From Opitutia bacterium (GTDB taxonomy: Bacteria; Verrucomicrobiota; Verrucomicrobiia; Opitutales; JANOBW01): 64,000 nucleotides of DNA. Positions 27,701 through 35,880 of the stretch are shown here, piece after piece (position 1 is the stretch's first letter; each line of letters opens with the position of its first letter). The stretch covers positions 3,414-67,413 of the forward strand of contig JANOBW010000169.1 of assembly GCA_031411855.1 (NCBI GenBank). Direction: 5' to 3'. Position numbers and translations under genes: made by a program. The notes under the pieces are model-generated. The model had not been told where the DNA came from. It was given only the letters and a program-made list of their open reading frames with translations, and ran no database searches.

Positions 27701-29985
27701 AAGACACCGGCGTAGAACTTGCCTGAGGCACCGGCGGCGAGCGTGGTGACCACTCCGTTGAGGGAGGGTGTGTAGGATGCGTCAATGGTGCCGTCGGCGT
27801 TGAGGCGGACGAGGCGGGTTCCGACCGTGGAGGTGGTGTTGGAGGGCAGGTGGGTAAGGGTGCCGAGGTTTCCGCCAAGAAGGGTTCGGCCATCGGCCAG
27901 GGGGAGGATCGAGGTGAGCCCGGAGACGCTGATGCCGAAGGTGGTGGTGGGGTCGAGGGTGCCGTCGGCCTTGAGGCGGCGCAGGCCGGTGTTGTTGCCG
28001 ATGAGGAAACGGCCGGAGGAATCGAGGGCGGAAAAGGTGGCGGACAAAGTGTCGGCGGGAGGGACAAAGGAGGTGATGACGGAGCCGGCCGGGACCTTGA
28101 CGGTGACGGCCACAGCGAGGCTGGTGTCGGACCCGTTGGCGTTGGTGACGATGGCGCGGTAGGTGCCGCCGTTGAGGGCGGGATCGGCCCCGGAGACGGT
28201 GTAAACGAGCGAAGTCGCGCCAGGGACGTTGGTGAAGCCGGAACCGGTGTCGCGCTGCCATTGGACGGTGGCGGGGAGCACGCTGTCGTAGAAGACGACG
28301 AGGCTGAAGTTCGCGCCCTGGTCGAGGGAGACAGCCACGGGTTCGAGGACGATGACGGGGGGGGCGTCGTCGTCGCGGATGCCGACGAGGGTGGTGGAGG
28401 TGCCGAGGACGGCTCCGCCGGTGAGGCCGGCGAGGGTGACGTTGAAGGCCTTAAGCCCATCCTGGGCAGTATCTTGCAAAATGGGGACGGTGATGTTTTG
28501 GACGCCGCCTTGGTTTGAATTCCAAGTCAGAGTGCCGGAGACAGCAGTGTAATCGGTGCCGGGAACGGCGTTGAGCGGGGTGATCGAGTAGTTGACGGAA
28601 ACCGCGCCGATCAGGCCGCCAAAGCGGGAGACGGGAACGGTGACGGAGCCGGCCAGCTCGGTGGTGGTGATGGTGGGGGCGGTCAGGCGGACGGTGCCCG
28701 GGCCGGTGCCGTAGTCGCCCATGACGCGGGTCAGGCTGTAGGTTTCGACGGCGTTGTCGGTGAAGCGTCCCATCCAGCCGCCGAGGAGGATCTTGCCGTC
28801 GTCCTGAACGGCGAAGGTGTATAAGTGGGTGAGGTAGCCGAGGGCGGTGGTGGCGAGGTAGGGGGCGGGGTTGAAGGTGGGGTCGAGGGTGCCGTCGCTG
28901 TTGAGGCGGGCGACGGAGGCGCGGGGCTGGCCGTTCCAGCTGGTGAAGATGCCGCCGGACAGGATCGTGCCATCGGGCAGAAGTTTCAACTCGCCGCCGG
29001 CCCAGCCATTGGGACCGGTGCCGATGTTGGTGTTAAAGGTCGTATCGGGCGCGCCATTGGCGTCGAAGCAGGCGATGTTGCGGATGGTGGTGGAGCCGAG
29101 GAGGGCGAAGTCGCCGCCGACCACGACACGCCCGTCCGGCAGAGGTTGGATCTCGTTGATGGCTCCGTAGTTGTCGCCCCAGATGATGTTGAAGGAGGGG
29201 TCGGTGGAGCCGTCGTTGTTGAGGCGGTAAACGATGGGGTCGTTGCGTTGCAGGGTGGAGTTGTAACGGGAGCCGCAGATGAGGAGGCGACCGTCGGGGA
29301 GGACGTCTATGTCCGTGACGGCGGACATGGTTCCGGCGATGGCAGCGTTAAAGGAGGCGTCCGGCGTGCCGTCGGCGTTGACGCGGGCGAGGTTGGGGTA
29401 GCCTCCCCCGGAGACGGCGAGGAACGCCCCGGCGACGAGGAGTTTGCCATCGGGCTGGACGGCGAGGGCCTGGGCGTAGCGGACGCCAAAGGCCAGGGAT
29501 AAAAGGCCGGTGTTGTTGAAGGTGGTGTCGAGCGAGCCGTCGGCATTGAGGCGGAGGAGGCCGTTGCGGGTCGTGCCGTTGTAGGTGTTGAAGGTGCCGC
29601 CGACGTAAATCTTGTCGCCGGAAACGACGAGCATGGAATTGACCTCGGGCTGCCCGGTGGTGGAGGCCAGGCCCGCGCCGCCGGAGTTGAAGGTGGAGTC
29701 GAGCGAACCGTCGGAGTTGAGGCGCTTCAGCGCGGTCAGGTTGCCGGTTTTGTTGTATTTGGAAACATTGCCGCCGGCGACGATCTTGCCGTCGGCCTGA
29801 AGGACGATCACGTTGGTGGCACCGGTGCCGCCGTCGAAGGTCGGGTAGCTGTCCGGCGTGAGCCCGGACCCGATGGTCGAAACGAAGGCGGTGTCGAGGG
29901 CGGGGGAGCTGGCGGCACCCGGTGAGCTTAATCCAAAAAGTGAGACAGAAAGGGCAAGAAAACGGAAAAGGCGCACGTGTTTCAT
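21712..29985 (-). CDS. giant (2757-aa) secreted repeat protein with delta-60/DUF5122-like beta-propeller repeats, 2 Calx-beta domains, 6 Ig-like domains and a C-terminal DxDxDG-EYALG module
   Basis: Signal peptide MKHVRLFRFLALSVSLFGLSSPGAA. Dozens of roughly 55-aa repeats carry (R/K)LNxDGSLDxxFN and PDGK/PDGR motifs. The Calx-beta-like segments are aa 430-540 (VNYSITPLNAVPGTDYTAVSGTLTW...IRDDD) and aa 988-1099 (VSYATVAETATAGSDFTATSGTLSW...IVDDD). The Ig-like segments carry TYRW/TYQW/SYQW/TYEW...Y.V.V.N patterns. The tail reads DDPDHDGLPNLLEYALGF... Confidence 0.85.
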   Translation of the reverse strand: MKHVRLFRFLALSVSLFGLSSPGAASSPALDTAFVSTIGSGLTPDSYPTFDGGTGATNVIVLQADGKIVAGGNVSKYNKTGNLTALKRLNSDGSLDSTFNSGGAGLASTTGQPEVNSMLVVSGDKIYVGGTFNTYNGTTRNGLLRLNADGSLDTTFNNTGLLSLAFGVRYAQALAVQPDGKLLVAGAFLAVSGGGYPNLARVNADGTPDASFNAAIAGTMSAVTDIDVLPDGRLLICGSRYNSTLQRNDPIVYRLNNDGSTDPSFNIIWGDNYGAINEIQPLPDGRVVVGGDFALLGSTTIRNIACFDANGAPDTTFNTNIGTGPNGWAGGELKLLPDGTILSGGIFTSWNGQPRASVARLNSDGTLDPTFNPAPYLATTALGYLTHLYTFAVQDDGKILLGGWMGRFTDNAVETYSLTRVMGDYGTGPGTVRLTAPTITTTELAGSVTVPVSRFGGLIGAVSVNYSITPLNAVPGTDYTAVSGTLTWNSNQGGVQNITVPILQDTAQDGLKAFNVTLAGLTGGAVLGTSTTLVGIRDDDAPPVIVLEPVAVSLDQGANFSLVVFYDSVLPATVQWQRDTGSGFTNVPGATSLVYTVSGADPALNGGTYRAIVTNANGSDTSLAVAVTVKVPAGSVITSFVPPADTLSATFSALDSSGRFLIGNNTGLRRLKADGTLDPTTTFGISVSGLTSILPLADGRTLLGGNLGTLTHLPSNTTSTVGTRLVRLNADGTIDASYTPSLNGVVTTLAAGASGKFYAGVFAASSVGLQRFTSTGASDGTFSVPSITVGSGTAGYVWFVKEQSDGKVLVAHTNGASGSPTYRLTRLNANGSLDTSFGTGGHVILPTYLTGFDILPDGRIVIAARFNNAVFPGSQYLALLKADGAQDTSFQFGTGILNNNPLGVTYRDGRLLVWGNFTTVNGNALGGLIRLNLDGTLDPTFAVGSGANNTVASALYTASGDLFIAGSFTSYKSTARKYAALLVGGPGALGVSPAAVSVLEGAGTATVTVKRFGTATSPVSVSYATVAETATAGSDFTATSGTLSWAANDTADKTVSITLANNATGEPNETFRLRLSAPTPDTAATLALADAVVTIVDDDNLPSITTHPVTQLVAQGANVTFTVVATSVPAATYRWTFNDTDLADGSGVSGSGTATLTLTAVGPTRVGTYRVRVTNTNGPVTSDPASLDIALNPAFTDAAWPLNLTINSTVNAIVPLPDGGAYVAGQFTNFNGQTGRSYLVKISSTGVVDTAFSPAPNAAVTSLVLDGNRLYAFSSLGTLTQIGGGAALNNFAALDATTGLRLGTFMTALGTGANGTVRALAVLSDGDLLLGGDFTSYNANTSHHFLARINSDGSLHSPFNTATVTGSSNVVTALGAGPNGTFVAGGNLVYGTNSRMVRFNADGSLDATFATTGATFSTSFTRIRVLDDGRVMASGSALPPSNRVITRLSATGAWDSAEYFGQTSGTFYDFVLQSNGRSVGVGSFTFVGTPVNFSNLASFSTVGALEQTWVGGTGFDNTAQTVALAENGRLWIGGDFTTFNAAATQRLIRLNGYAIPLAVTLQPKAVETNPATTATFTARATGTSALTYRWLRNGVDLTDGGNISGATTATLTIANATDAAEDVYSVRVSNLSGTTVSNGATLVVLGSPEILTQPAASLVSYTGRPFSLAVTARGIAPLTYQWRKGGNPVSDGSGITGAATAKLTFASLALADSGEYDVMVTGTAATPSGKFTLTVLPNPVERVATFSSLVTSTSQPVYTILPLADGGALIGGRFNALNGASSSTTTARIARVLPDGTVASVPFTTNGDVRDIVRLPGGKFLVAGEFSLVTPTGGSTLTRSRIIRLNADFSLDTSFDPGVTAPASSYVYSLALDSLGRIYAAGDFASWNGNAAHSRLVRLRADGSHDTSFVGTFNNFVRKVVVTADGKVYAGGSFTSYQGRSYFVRLSETGALDATFAPSLSNTITNFIAQPDGKLLAISGTTLSRFLDTGATDTSFPTLTATGLNDVTLQPDGRLIISGSFTTLGGVTRYGLMRLSSEGVNDPTFDVTGQTTGLAFAKVDGYGRVWLGGTISVYNGVFATNALVVVNGDQVALGVVQGPDPVSASGGQNAVFKVTATGTSALSYQWLRNGSPLSTDAHFSGTNTATLTVLGVQPGDEALYSVTVTNSSGNVTSSAAEFIYLEAPEILTAPVAVTAEVGQSAIFFVAARGAGTLTYEWLKGTTVLANSATISGATTAQLSLPSLVLTDGGSYKVRITNAFGSTSSSAVVLTVVRSPSSLASGLVIPTFNSTVNTVLPLAGGGFLAGGAFGTITYPGGSASRSYFAKIKADGSPDTTWPVVNAAVTCIAQDSTGRIYLGGTFTTVTPAGAGAITRNRLLRLSSTGVLDTTFDPLVGPNNTVLGIRFDAAGRLYVHGNFTSYRAETTSGYIVRLNADGSRDATFVSSAFASIPDIDFASGSRLWLSHANSWGGQSRIVLVDEFGVKDAAFTYPGTMTSTGLETLPDGSVLSFSNNSPFLQKIAATGAITSPFPVGGGPNAAILKHAASGSQFYLQGSFTTYGGVTATSLVRINADGTRDAAFDAGAGFNGTVESMVADTQGRLWAVGSFVSYKGDTNLAKIVVLNGGATETNSGPVADPLDTYLETAGVPANQRGPNDDPDHDGLPNLLEYALGFAPNTITLTGLPGATVSVGNLTLSYKRAAADITYTVEANPSLANPAGWTSAGVTQGTPDGNGNTTATVPATGANQFLRLRITRPAP

Positions 29986-30148
29986 GATGAAGAAAAACGA
30001 TTTATGGCAGAAAATTCAGATTTTTCCAATCCCGGATTTCACCTGACCGGTTTGTCAGGACCTTTGGGCTGCCTATCCAGAAAGAACTGGCCTGGGTTTT
30101 CGCCTGCCGCCTTTTGGTCTCAAGGCGGCTCAAACGCCGCTTTTGAAT

Positions 30149-30772
30149 TCAATCCGCCAGGGATTGGAACTCACGCACGGCGGCGGCGGTGTCGGAGGCC
30201 AGAAGGGCGTCGGAGACGGCCACCAGGCGGGTGGCTCCGGCGGCGATGACCTGACGGGCGTTCCGGCGGCTGATTCCACCGATGCACCAGAAGGGGAGGG
30301 CGGGTTTCAACGCGGCCACGGCTGCGACCAGTTCCAGCCCCACGGCCTTGTAGTCCGGTTTGGTCCGGGTGGGAAAGACGGGGCCGACGGCGAAGTAATC
30401 GAGTGTGCCCGGGGGCAGGGCCAGGGCGGACCGGGCCTGTTCGATCGAGTGGGTGGACAGGCCCAGGAGGCGGTCCGGTCCCAGGCGGCGGCGGGCTTCG
30501 ACGGGCGGGGCATCATCCTGGCCGATATGGAGGCCGAGTCCCGGGTGGGAAAGGGCCAGTTCGAGATCGTCGTTGATAATGAGCGGAATGGTGCTGCCTT
30601 GGAACAACGGGAGGATGCGGGCGAGCAGTTCGCGGCGTTGTTCCGGGGTTTCCCGTTTGGCCCGGAGCTGGATGAGGCTGCAACCACCCTCGATCAGGGC
30701 GCGGCACTTGGTTTCCCAAAGCGAGTCAGGGACGTAGCCGGTGTCGAGCAGGCCGTAGAACATCGGAGCCAT
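30149..30772 (-). CDS. thiE: thiamine-phosphate synthase
   Basis: 207 aa with YGLLDTGYV, LIQLRAK, LIINDD, HIGQDD, YFAVGPVFPTRTK and WCIGGI. Confidence 0.85.
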   Translation of the reverse strand: MAPMFYGLLDTGYVPDSLWETKCRALIEGGCSLIQLRAKRETPEQRRELLARILPLFQGSTIPLIINDDLELALSHPGLGLHIGQDDAPPVEARRRLGPDRLLGLSTHSIEQARSALALPPGTLDYFAVGPVFPTRTKPDYKAVGLELVAAVAALKPALPFWCIGGISRRNARQVIAAGATRLVAVSDALLASDTAAAVREFQSLAD

Positions 30773-30776
30773 TTAC

Positions 30777-30876
30777 GATTCTTGATTTATGATTTAGAGA
30801 CAACAAGGCAAACTTCTCTCCATCAAGAGTTTGTCTCTGCCTTTTGAGTTAAATCAAGAATCTCAAATCATGAATC
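30777..30876. promoter_or_regulatory. AT-rich compound inverted repeat in the accC-thiE spacer (possible terminator, attenuator or protein-binding site)
   Basis: GATTCTTGATTT (30777-30788) pairs with AAATCAAGAATC (30851-30862). A second copy, AAATCATGAATC (30865-30876), matches the overlapping GATTTATGATTT with one mismatch. The inner stem is AGAGACAA (30796-30803) / TTGTCTCT (30831-30838). Confidence 0.5.
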
Positions 30877-30888
30877 ACAAATGTGCCC

Positions 30889-32304
30889 TCATACCGGCGG
30901 CTCGTCCGGGATGGAGGGGGCGGGCGCCCATTCGTCGAATTTGCTCATCATGTCCTTGGGGGAACGGGCGATGAACTCCTCGACGAAGTTGGTGGTGGCG
31001 TGGCCGGCGCGGAAGACGGGGTCCTGGATGACGGCCTTGGAGAAGGGGATGGTCGTCTTGATGCCGCGGATGATGTATTCGCTGAGGGCGCGGTTCATGC
31101 GGTCCAGGGCGATGTCGCGGGTGCGGCCGTAGGTGATCAGCTTGCCGATCATGCTGTCATAATGGGGCGGCACCTTGTAGCCGCCGTAGGCGTGGGAGTC
31201 CACCCGGACGCCGTGGCCGCCGGGGGCGTAGTAGAGTTTGATCTCGCCGGGCTGGGGGGCGAAGTTGCGGGCGGGGTCCTCGGCGTTGATCCGGCACTCG
31301 ATGGCGTGGCGGTTGAAGGTGATGTCGCCCTGCTTGTAACGGAGTTTCTCGCCGGCGGCGATGAGGATCTGCTCCTTGATGAGGTCAATGCCCGTGACTT
31401 CCTCGGTGACGGCGTGCTCCACCTGGATGCGCGTGTTCATCTCGATGAAGTAGAAATTGCCGTTTTTATCCACGAGAAACTCAATGGTGCCGGCGTTGAC
31501 ATAGCCGCAGGCTTGGGCGGCCTTGACGGCGGCCTCGCCCATCTTTTTGCGCAAGTCCTTGGTCAGGAAGGGGGACGGAGCCTCCTCGATCAGTTTCTGG
31601 TGCCGGCGCTGGACGGAGCAGTCGCGTTCGCCCAGGTGGATGGTGTTGCCGTATTTGTCGGCCAGGATCTGAAACTCGATGTGGCGGGGTTCCTCGATGT
31701 ATTTTTCGACGTAAACATCGCCGTTGCCGAAGGCCTTTTCGGCCTCCATGCGGGCGGAGTTGAACTCCTTGGCGAAGGTCATGGCGTTGTAAACGCGGCG
31801 CATGCCTTTGCCGCCGCCGCCGGCCACGGCCTTGATGATGACGGGGAAGCCGATCTTCTGGGCGATCTTGAGGCCTTCCTTTTCATCCGCCACGGTCCCT
31901 TCGGACCCGGGGACAATCGGAACTTTGGCCTTTTTGACCGTTTCCTTGGCCACGGCCTTGTCGCCCATCATTGCGATGGACTTGGAGGAGGGGCCGATGA
32001 AGGTGATGTTGCAGGCCTCGCACTGTTCGGCGAAGCGGGCCTTTTCGGAAAGGAAGCCGTAACCGGGGTGGATGGCATCCACGTTGGCCACTTCGGCGGC
32101 GCTGATGATGCGGTCGGCCTTGAGGTAACTTTGGGCCGAGGGGGCGGGTCCGATGCAGATGGCGTGGTCGGCCAGTTGCACGTGAAGGGACTGCTCGTCG
32201 GCCTCCGAATAGACCGCCACGGCCTTGATGCCGAGTTCGCGGCAGGCCCGGATGACCCGCAGGGCGATCTCGCCACGGTTGGCGATGAGGATTTTTTGAA
32301 ACAT
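30889..32304 (-). CDS. accC: acetyl-CoA carboxylase, biotin carboxylase subunit
   Basis: [33 protein letters not shown], the ATP-grasp GGGGKGMR, and [10 protein letters not shown]. Confidence 0.95.
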   Translation of the reverse strand: MFQKILIANRGEIALRVIRACRELGIKAVAVYSEADEQSLHVQLADHAICIGPAPSAQSYLKADRIISAAEVANVDAIHPGYGFLSEKARFAEQCEACNITFIGPSSKSIAMMGDKAVAKETVKKAKVPIVPGSEGTVADEKEGLKIAQKIGFPVIIKAVAGGGGKGMRRVYNAMTFAKEFNSARMEAEKAFGNGDVYVEKYIEEPRHIEFQILADKYGNTIHLGERDCSVQRRHQKLIEEAPSPFLTKDLRKKMGEAAVKAAQACGYVNAGTIEFLVDKNGNFYFIEMNTRIQVEHAVTEEVTGIDLIKEQILIAAGEKLRYKQGDITFNRHAIECRINAEDPARNFAPQPGEIKLYYAPGGHGVRVDSHAYGGYKVPPHYDSMIGKLITYGRTRDIALDRMNRALSEYIIRGIKTTIPFSKAVIQDPVFRAGHATTNFVEEFIARSPKDMMSKFDEWAPAPSIPDEPPV

Positions 32305-32325
32305 ATCGGCGGTAGGGGGCTGCGC

Positions 32326-32799
32326 TTAGGCCTTCTTGACCTTGAAAAGGGGCTGTCCGTATTCGACGGACTGGCCGCTGGAGGCCAGGACTTCGACCAC
32401 GCGGCCGGAAAGTTCGGCCTGGATCTCGTTCATCACCTTCATGGCCTCGATGATGCAGACCACGGAGGTCTCTTTGACCTGGGATCCCACTTTGACAAAG
32501 GCGTCGGACTCGGGGGAGGGGGCGGAGTAGAAAGTTCCGACCATGGGGGATTTGATAATCAGGACGCCTTCCTCAGCCACGGGGGCGGGGGCGGCGACCG
32601 GGAAAGGGGGGGAGGAGAGCTGCTGGGGGGCGGGGGCGGTGAACTGGGCCACCACCGGTGCCGGTGCGGCCGGGGCCGGGGCTGCGGGAGCCTGCTGCCG
32701 GCTGATGCGCACTTTGAAACCCTTATCTTCGACTTCGATTTCCGTTACGGCGGAAGTCTCAATCATTTGGATGAGCTGTTTAATGTCTTTGATGTCCAT
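32326..32799 (-). CDS. accB: acetyl-CoA carboxylase, biotin carboxyl carrier protein
   Basis: Pro/Ala linker (APAAPAPAAPAPVV) and the biotinyl-lysine motif IIEAMKVMNEI. It is 21 nt upstream of accC. Confidence 0.9.
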   Translation of the reverse strand: MDIKDIKQLIQMIETSAVTEIEVEDKGFKVRISRQQAPAAPAPAAPAPVVAQFTAPAPQQLSSPPFPVAAPAPVAEEGVLIIKSPMVGTFYSAPSPESDAFVKVGSQVKETSVVCIIEAMKVMNEIQAELSGRVVEVLASSGQSVEYGQPLFKVKKA

Positions 32800-32944
32800 C
32801 GGAGTGTTTTTAAAAGTTTAGAGGTGTCGGGGCGAAAAGCTTTGGCACGAATTGAAACAATCGGCTAAAGAATCTTTTTATGGACCAAAGCAACGCCATT
32901 GTTGGTTCCCGTTTTTTAATTGGTCATTTTTACTCAAGAAATGT

Positions 32945-33880
32945 ATGAATCCTGACATGGAAACCCACTCCCGCCACCTTCACCGCCGTTTGAAATGGGA
33001 GGAAATCAACCTAGTGCCGGTTCGCACTCTCATTGCCGCCGCCCGGGAGGAGGATCTGCAACCTTTCGGCCTGGCCGGGCCGCAGCGTCCGGGAGGCGAT
33101 GCCACGACCGCCCTGCTTGATCCTGCCGTTCGTGGCTCGGCTCGGTTGGTGGCCCGCCAGCCTTTGACGGTTTGCGGTCTTTCCCTGCTTGCGGAAATTC
33201 TGGCCGCCTACGGGGCCGGGGTGAAGGTCAACCTGGAGTGCCGGGACGGTGATCAGTTGGACCGGGGGGGCGTTCTGGCCGGTCTGGAAGGTCCTGCCTG
33301 CGTCGTCCTGCCGGCCGAGCGGGTCCTGCTCAACTTTCTGCAAAAACTCAGCGGCATTGCCACGCAGACCCGCCGCCATGTGGATGCTTTGGGTGATTCC
33401 CCCACCAAACTCCTTGATACCCGGAAAACCACCCCGGGGTGGCGGTTGTTGGAAAAATATGCCGTGGGCTGTGGAGGAGGCTGGAACCACCGGTTGGGCC
33501 TCTACGACCGCATCATGCTCAAGGACAACCACCTGGCTTTTGCCGGGGCCACGGGCGGGACCGGCCTGGCCGACCTGGTGCGCCAGGCCCGATCCTCCCG
33601 CCCCGACCTGGTGGTGGAGGTGGAGGTGGACCGGCTGGACCAAATCCCGCCTGTGCTGGAGGCGGGGGCGGATGTCATCCTTTTGGATAACTTCACGGTG
33701 GACCAGCTCCGCCAGGCGGTGGCCTTCATGGGAGGCCGGGCTTTGAGCGAGGCCAGCGGGGGGGTAAACCTGTCGAGCCTGTCAGATTTGGGCCGGCTGG
33801 GACTGGATTTTATTTCCTGCGGTTCCCTCATCCATCAGGCCACATGGGTTGACATTGGGTTGGATTGGGCCGACGCTTAA
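32945..33880 (+). CDS. nadC: nicotinate-nucleotide diphosphorylase (quinolinate phosphoribosyltransferase)
   Basis: LLDTRKTTPGWRLLEKYAVGCGGGWNHRLGLYDRIMLKDNH, ILLDNF and SGGV. The start at ATG 32945 is my choice; the track ORF starts at 32852. Confidence 0.85.
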   Translation: MNPDMETHSRHLHRRLKWEEINLVPVRTLIAAAREEDLQPFGLAGPQRPGGDATTALLDPAVRGSARLVARQPLTVCGLSLLAEILAAYGAGVKVNLECRDGDQLDRGGVLAGLEGPACVVLPAERVLLNFLQKLSGIATQTRRHVDALGDSPTKLLDTRKTTPGWRLLEKYAVGCGGGWNHRLGLYDRIMLKDNHLAFAGATGGTGLADLVRQARSSRPDLVVEVEVDRLDQIPPVLEAGADVILLDNFTVDQLRQAVAFMGGRALSEASGGVNLSSLSDLGRLGLDFISCGSLIHQATWVDIGLDWADA

Positions 33881-33903
33881 CCTTTCCTGTTCAACTCCCC
33901 GCT

Positions 33904-34926
33904 GTGACCACCGACGCCCGCATCCTCCTCGCTCTCCTTCGTGCCGGACCCGACTATATTTCAGGTGAGACCATCGCGGCCGACCTCGGGGTGACCCGCG
34001 TGGGGGTTCACGCCCGTCTCGAAAAACTCCGGGGCCACGGTTTTGAAATCGAGGCGGCCCGCCACAAGGGCTACCGGTTGATCGGGGAACCGGCCCAGCT
34101 TCATCCCGCCTGGATTGAGGCGCTTTTGGCCGAGGCGGGCCGGGAGCTCACCCTCGTTTATCATTCCGTCATTGATTCGACCAACAGCGAGGCCGAACGC
34201 CTTCTGGCCGCCGGACAGGAAACCCCCTTTGCCGTGATCGCGGAAAAGCAGACGTCCGGCCGGGGCCGTCTGGGCCGTGTCTGGCACAGTCCGGCCGAGG
34301 GCAATCTTTACCTTACCCTTGGTTTTCGCCCCCTGCTTTCCCCCACGCGGATGGGAACCTTCACCCTGTGGATGGGGGCGCGCCTGGCCCAGATGCTTCG
34401 TAGGGAAACCAAACTGCCGCTCACCGTCAAATGGCCAAACGACCTGCTCTGCCGGGGCCGGAAGCTGGCCGGACTCCTGGCCGAGGCCAGGATAGACACC
34501 GACCGCATGCGCGACTGCCTTCTCGGCATCGGCCTTAATGTGAACTCCCAGCCCTCCACCTGGCCCGCTCCCGCCGCCAGCACCGCCACCAGCCTGACCG
34601 CCGAGCTGGCCGCTTTGGGGGGAACCGGCGCCAAACCGCTCAACCTGAACCGTCTGGTGGCGACGATTCTGGGCGAACTCACCTCCGCTTATGACGATTT
34701 TGTCGCCGGCGACATCACCAACCGCCTCATGATCCTCTGGCCCGAGGTGGATGGCGTGGCCGGTCAGACGGTGGACATCCGGTCCGGCACCCAGGAATGG
34801 CGCGGCCAGGTCCAGGGTATCACCCGGGAAGGGGCCCTTTTGGTGAAACTGTCCGACGGTGCCGTCCGCTCTTTTCACGCCGGCGAGGTCAGTCTGGGTT
34901 CCGCCCAGATGGCCCCGGGGCATTGA
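33904..34926 (+). CDS. birA: bifunctional biotin-[acetyl-CoA-carboxylase] ligase / transcriptional repressor
   Basis: N-terminal winged HTH (ILLALLRAGPDYISGETIAADLGVTRVGVHARLEKLRGHGFEIEA) plus the ligase motif KQTSGRGRLGRVWHSPAEGNLYLT and KWPNDL. I chose the GTG start at 33904 to avoid overlapping nadC. Confidence 0.85.
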   Translation: MTTDARILLALLRAGPDYISGETIAADLGVTRVGVHARLEKLRGHGFEIEAARHKGYRLIGEPAQLHPAWIEALLAEAGRELTLVYHSVIDSTNSEAERLLAAGQETPFAVIAEKQTSGRGRLGRVWHSPAEGNLYLTLGFRPLLSPTRMGTFTLWMGARLAQMLRRETKLPLTVKWPNDLLCRGRKLAGLLAEARIDTDRMRDCLLGIGLNVNSQPSTWPAPAASTATSLTAELAALGGTGAKPLNLNRLVATILGELTSAYDDFVAGDITNRLMILWPEVDGVAGQTVDIRSGTQEWRGQVQGITREGALLVKLSDGAVRSFHAGEVSLGSAQMAPGH

Positions 34927-34994
34927 GTCGAAGGCCGCACACCAAGGCCTTAAACGACCCCGGGACTGCGCCGCTTCAACTCCCAGGCCAGCCC

Positions 34995-35867
34995 TCAGCC
35001 GTTCAACAGGACGTTGGGGGCGTTGCCGTGCGTCAGGGTGATTTTGCCCGGACTCTTCAGGGTGGCCTGGATGTCCAGCAGCGTGAAAAGGGCGGTGGCG
35101 ACCTCGGGGTTGCGCTGGATCTCGGCCAGGGCATGGCCGACGACGTGGGGCCGGACGGCGGCGGCCTGGCCAAGGCGCTGGGAGGCCTTGTTGTCGGCGG
35201 CGGAGTGGATGATGGCGACCTCGTTTTCCCCGGCCTGGCGCATGGCGGCGGTGACCTGGCGGAGGCGGTTGACGACCTTGCGTTGGATTTCGCCGATCAT
35301 CCCCTTGTCGCGGAAGGCCACCTTGCGGATGTAGGTGGAGCCCAGGTTGAAACCCCACTGGGAGGACGTGGGTGAGACTTCCTCGCGGACCTTGCGGGAG
35401 AGGGCGTCGCGGTTTTCCAAGAGGACTTCGAGGCGGAGATTCGAGAGCTGTTTCACCACGGCGGTGGCCACGTTGGCCTTGAGGGAGCCGATGGGGTCGG
35501 AGTTTTGGAAGAGAAAGGCCTTGGGGTTGGTCACAAACATCTCAAACCAGATGCCGACGCCCATGGGCGCGCCTTCCTCCGAGTTGACCAACTGGTTGCG
35601 CAGGTAGGCCTGGTGGATGACGGTGCGGACGGTGTAGGCCTTGCCGAAGAAGGGGAACAGCAGGGCCTTGGGGCCGAAATGGGCGATGGGGAAAAACAGG
35701 CCGGGCTCCTCCACCTGGCCGACGACCTTGCCGAAGAAGGTGTAAACAATGACGGTGCGCTCGGGCAGCACGCGCCAGACCTGGAAGAGGTTGCCCAGGG
35801 CGACGAGGATGCTGGTGCCGATGAAGGTGCCGATCAGACCGGCCATGACGTAGGTGAGAAAGTCCAT
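34995..35867 (-). CDS. SPFH/band-7 domain membrane protein (second of a tandem pair)
   Basis: ATG at 35867 (MDFLTYVMAGLIGTFIGTSILVALGNLF, a TM anchor). The SPFH-like body includes GIWFEMFV, LRLEVLLENRDALSRKVREEV, GFNLGSTYIRKVAF and a coiled-coil tail. The track's 103-codon N-terminal extension overlaps the upstream gene. Confidence 0.75.
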   Translation of the reverse strand: MDFLTYVMAGLIGTFIGTSILVALGNLFQVWRVLPERTVIVYTFFGKVVGQVEEPGLFFPIAHFGPKALLFPFFGKAYTVRTVIHQAYLRNQLVNSEEGAPMGVGIWFEMFVTNPKAFLFQNSDPIGSLKANVATAVVKQLSNLRLEVLLENRDALSRKVREEVSPTSSQWGFNLGSTYIRKVAFRDKGMIGEIQRKVVNRLRQVTAAMRQAGENEVAIIHSAADNKASQRLGQAAAVRPHVVGHALAEIQRNPEVATALFTLLDIQATLKSPGKITLTHGNAPNVLLNG

Positions 35868-35880
35868 GGGAGGAAACGGG

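Noticed and set aside
30773-30888. A possible TPP (THI-box) riboswitch upstream of thiE.
   Set aside because: I could not find the conserved THI-box core (CUGAGA ... ACCUGAUCUGGAUAAUGCCAGCG-like) on the minus strand. The spacer is instead a set of AT-rich inverted 12-mers. It still needs an Infernal scan to be certain.
32884-32906. A candidate BirA operator in the accB / nadC-birA divergent region (ACCAA-N13-TTGGT).
   Set aside because: The arms are only 5 bp, and the extension is imperfect. The half-sites do not resemble the TGTAAACC-type BirA half-sites I know.
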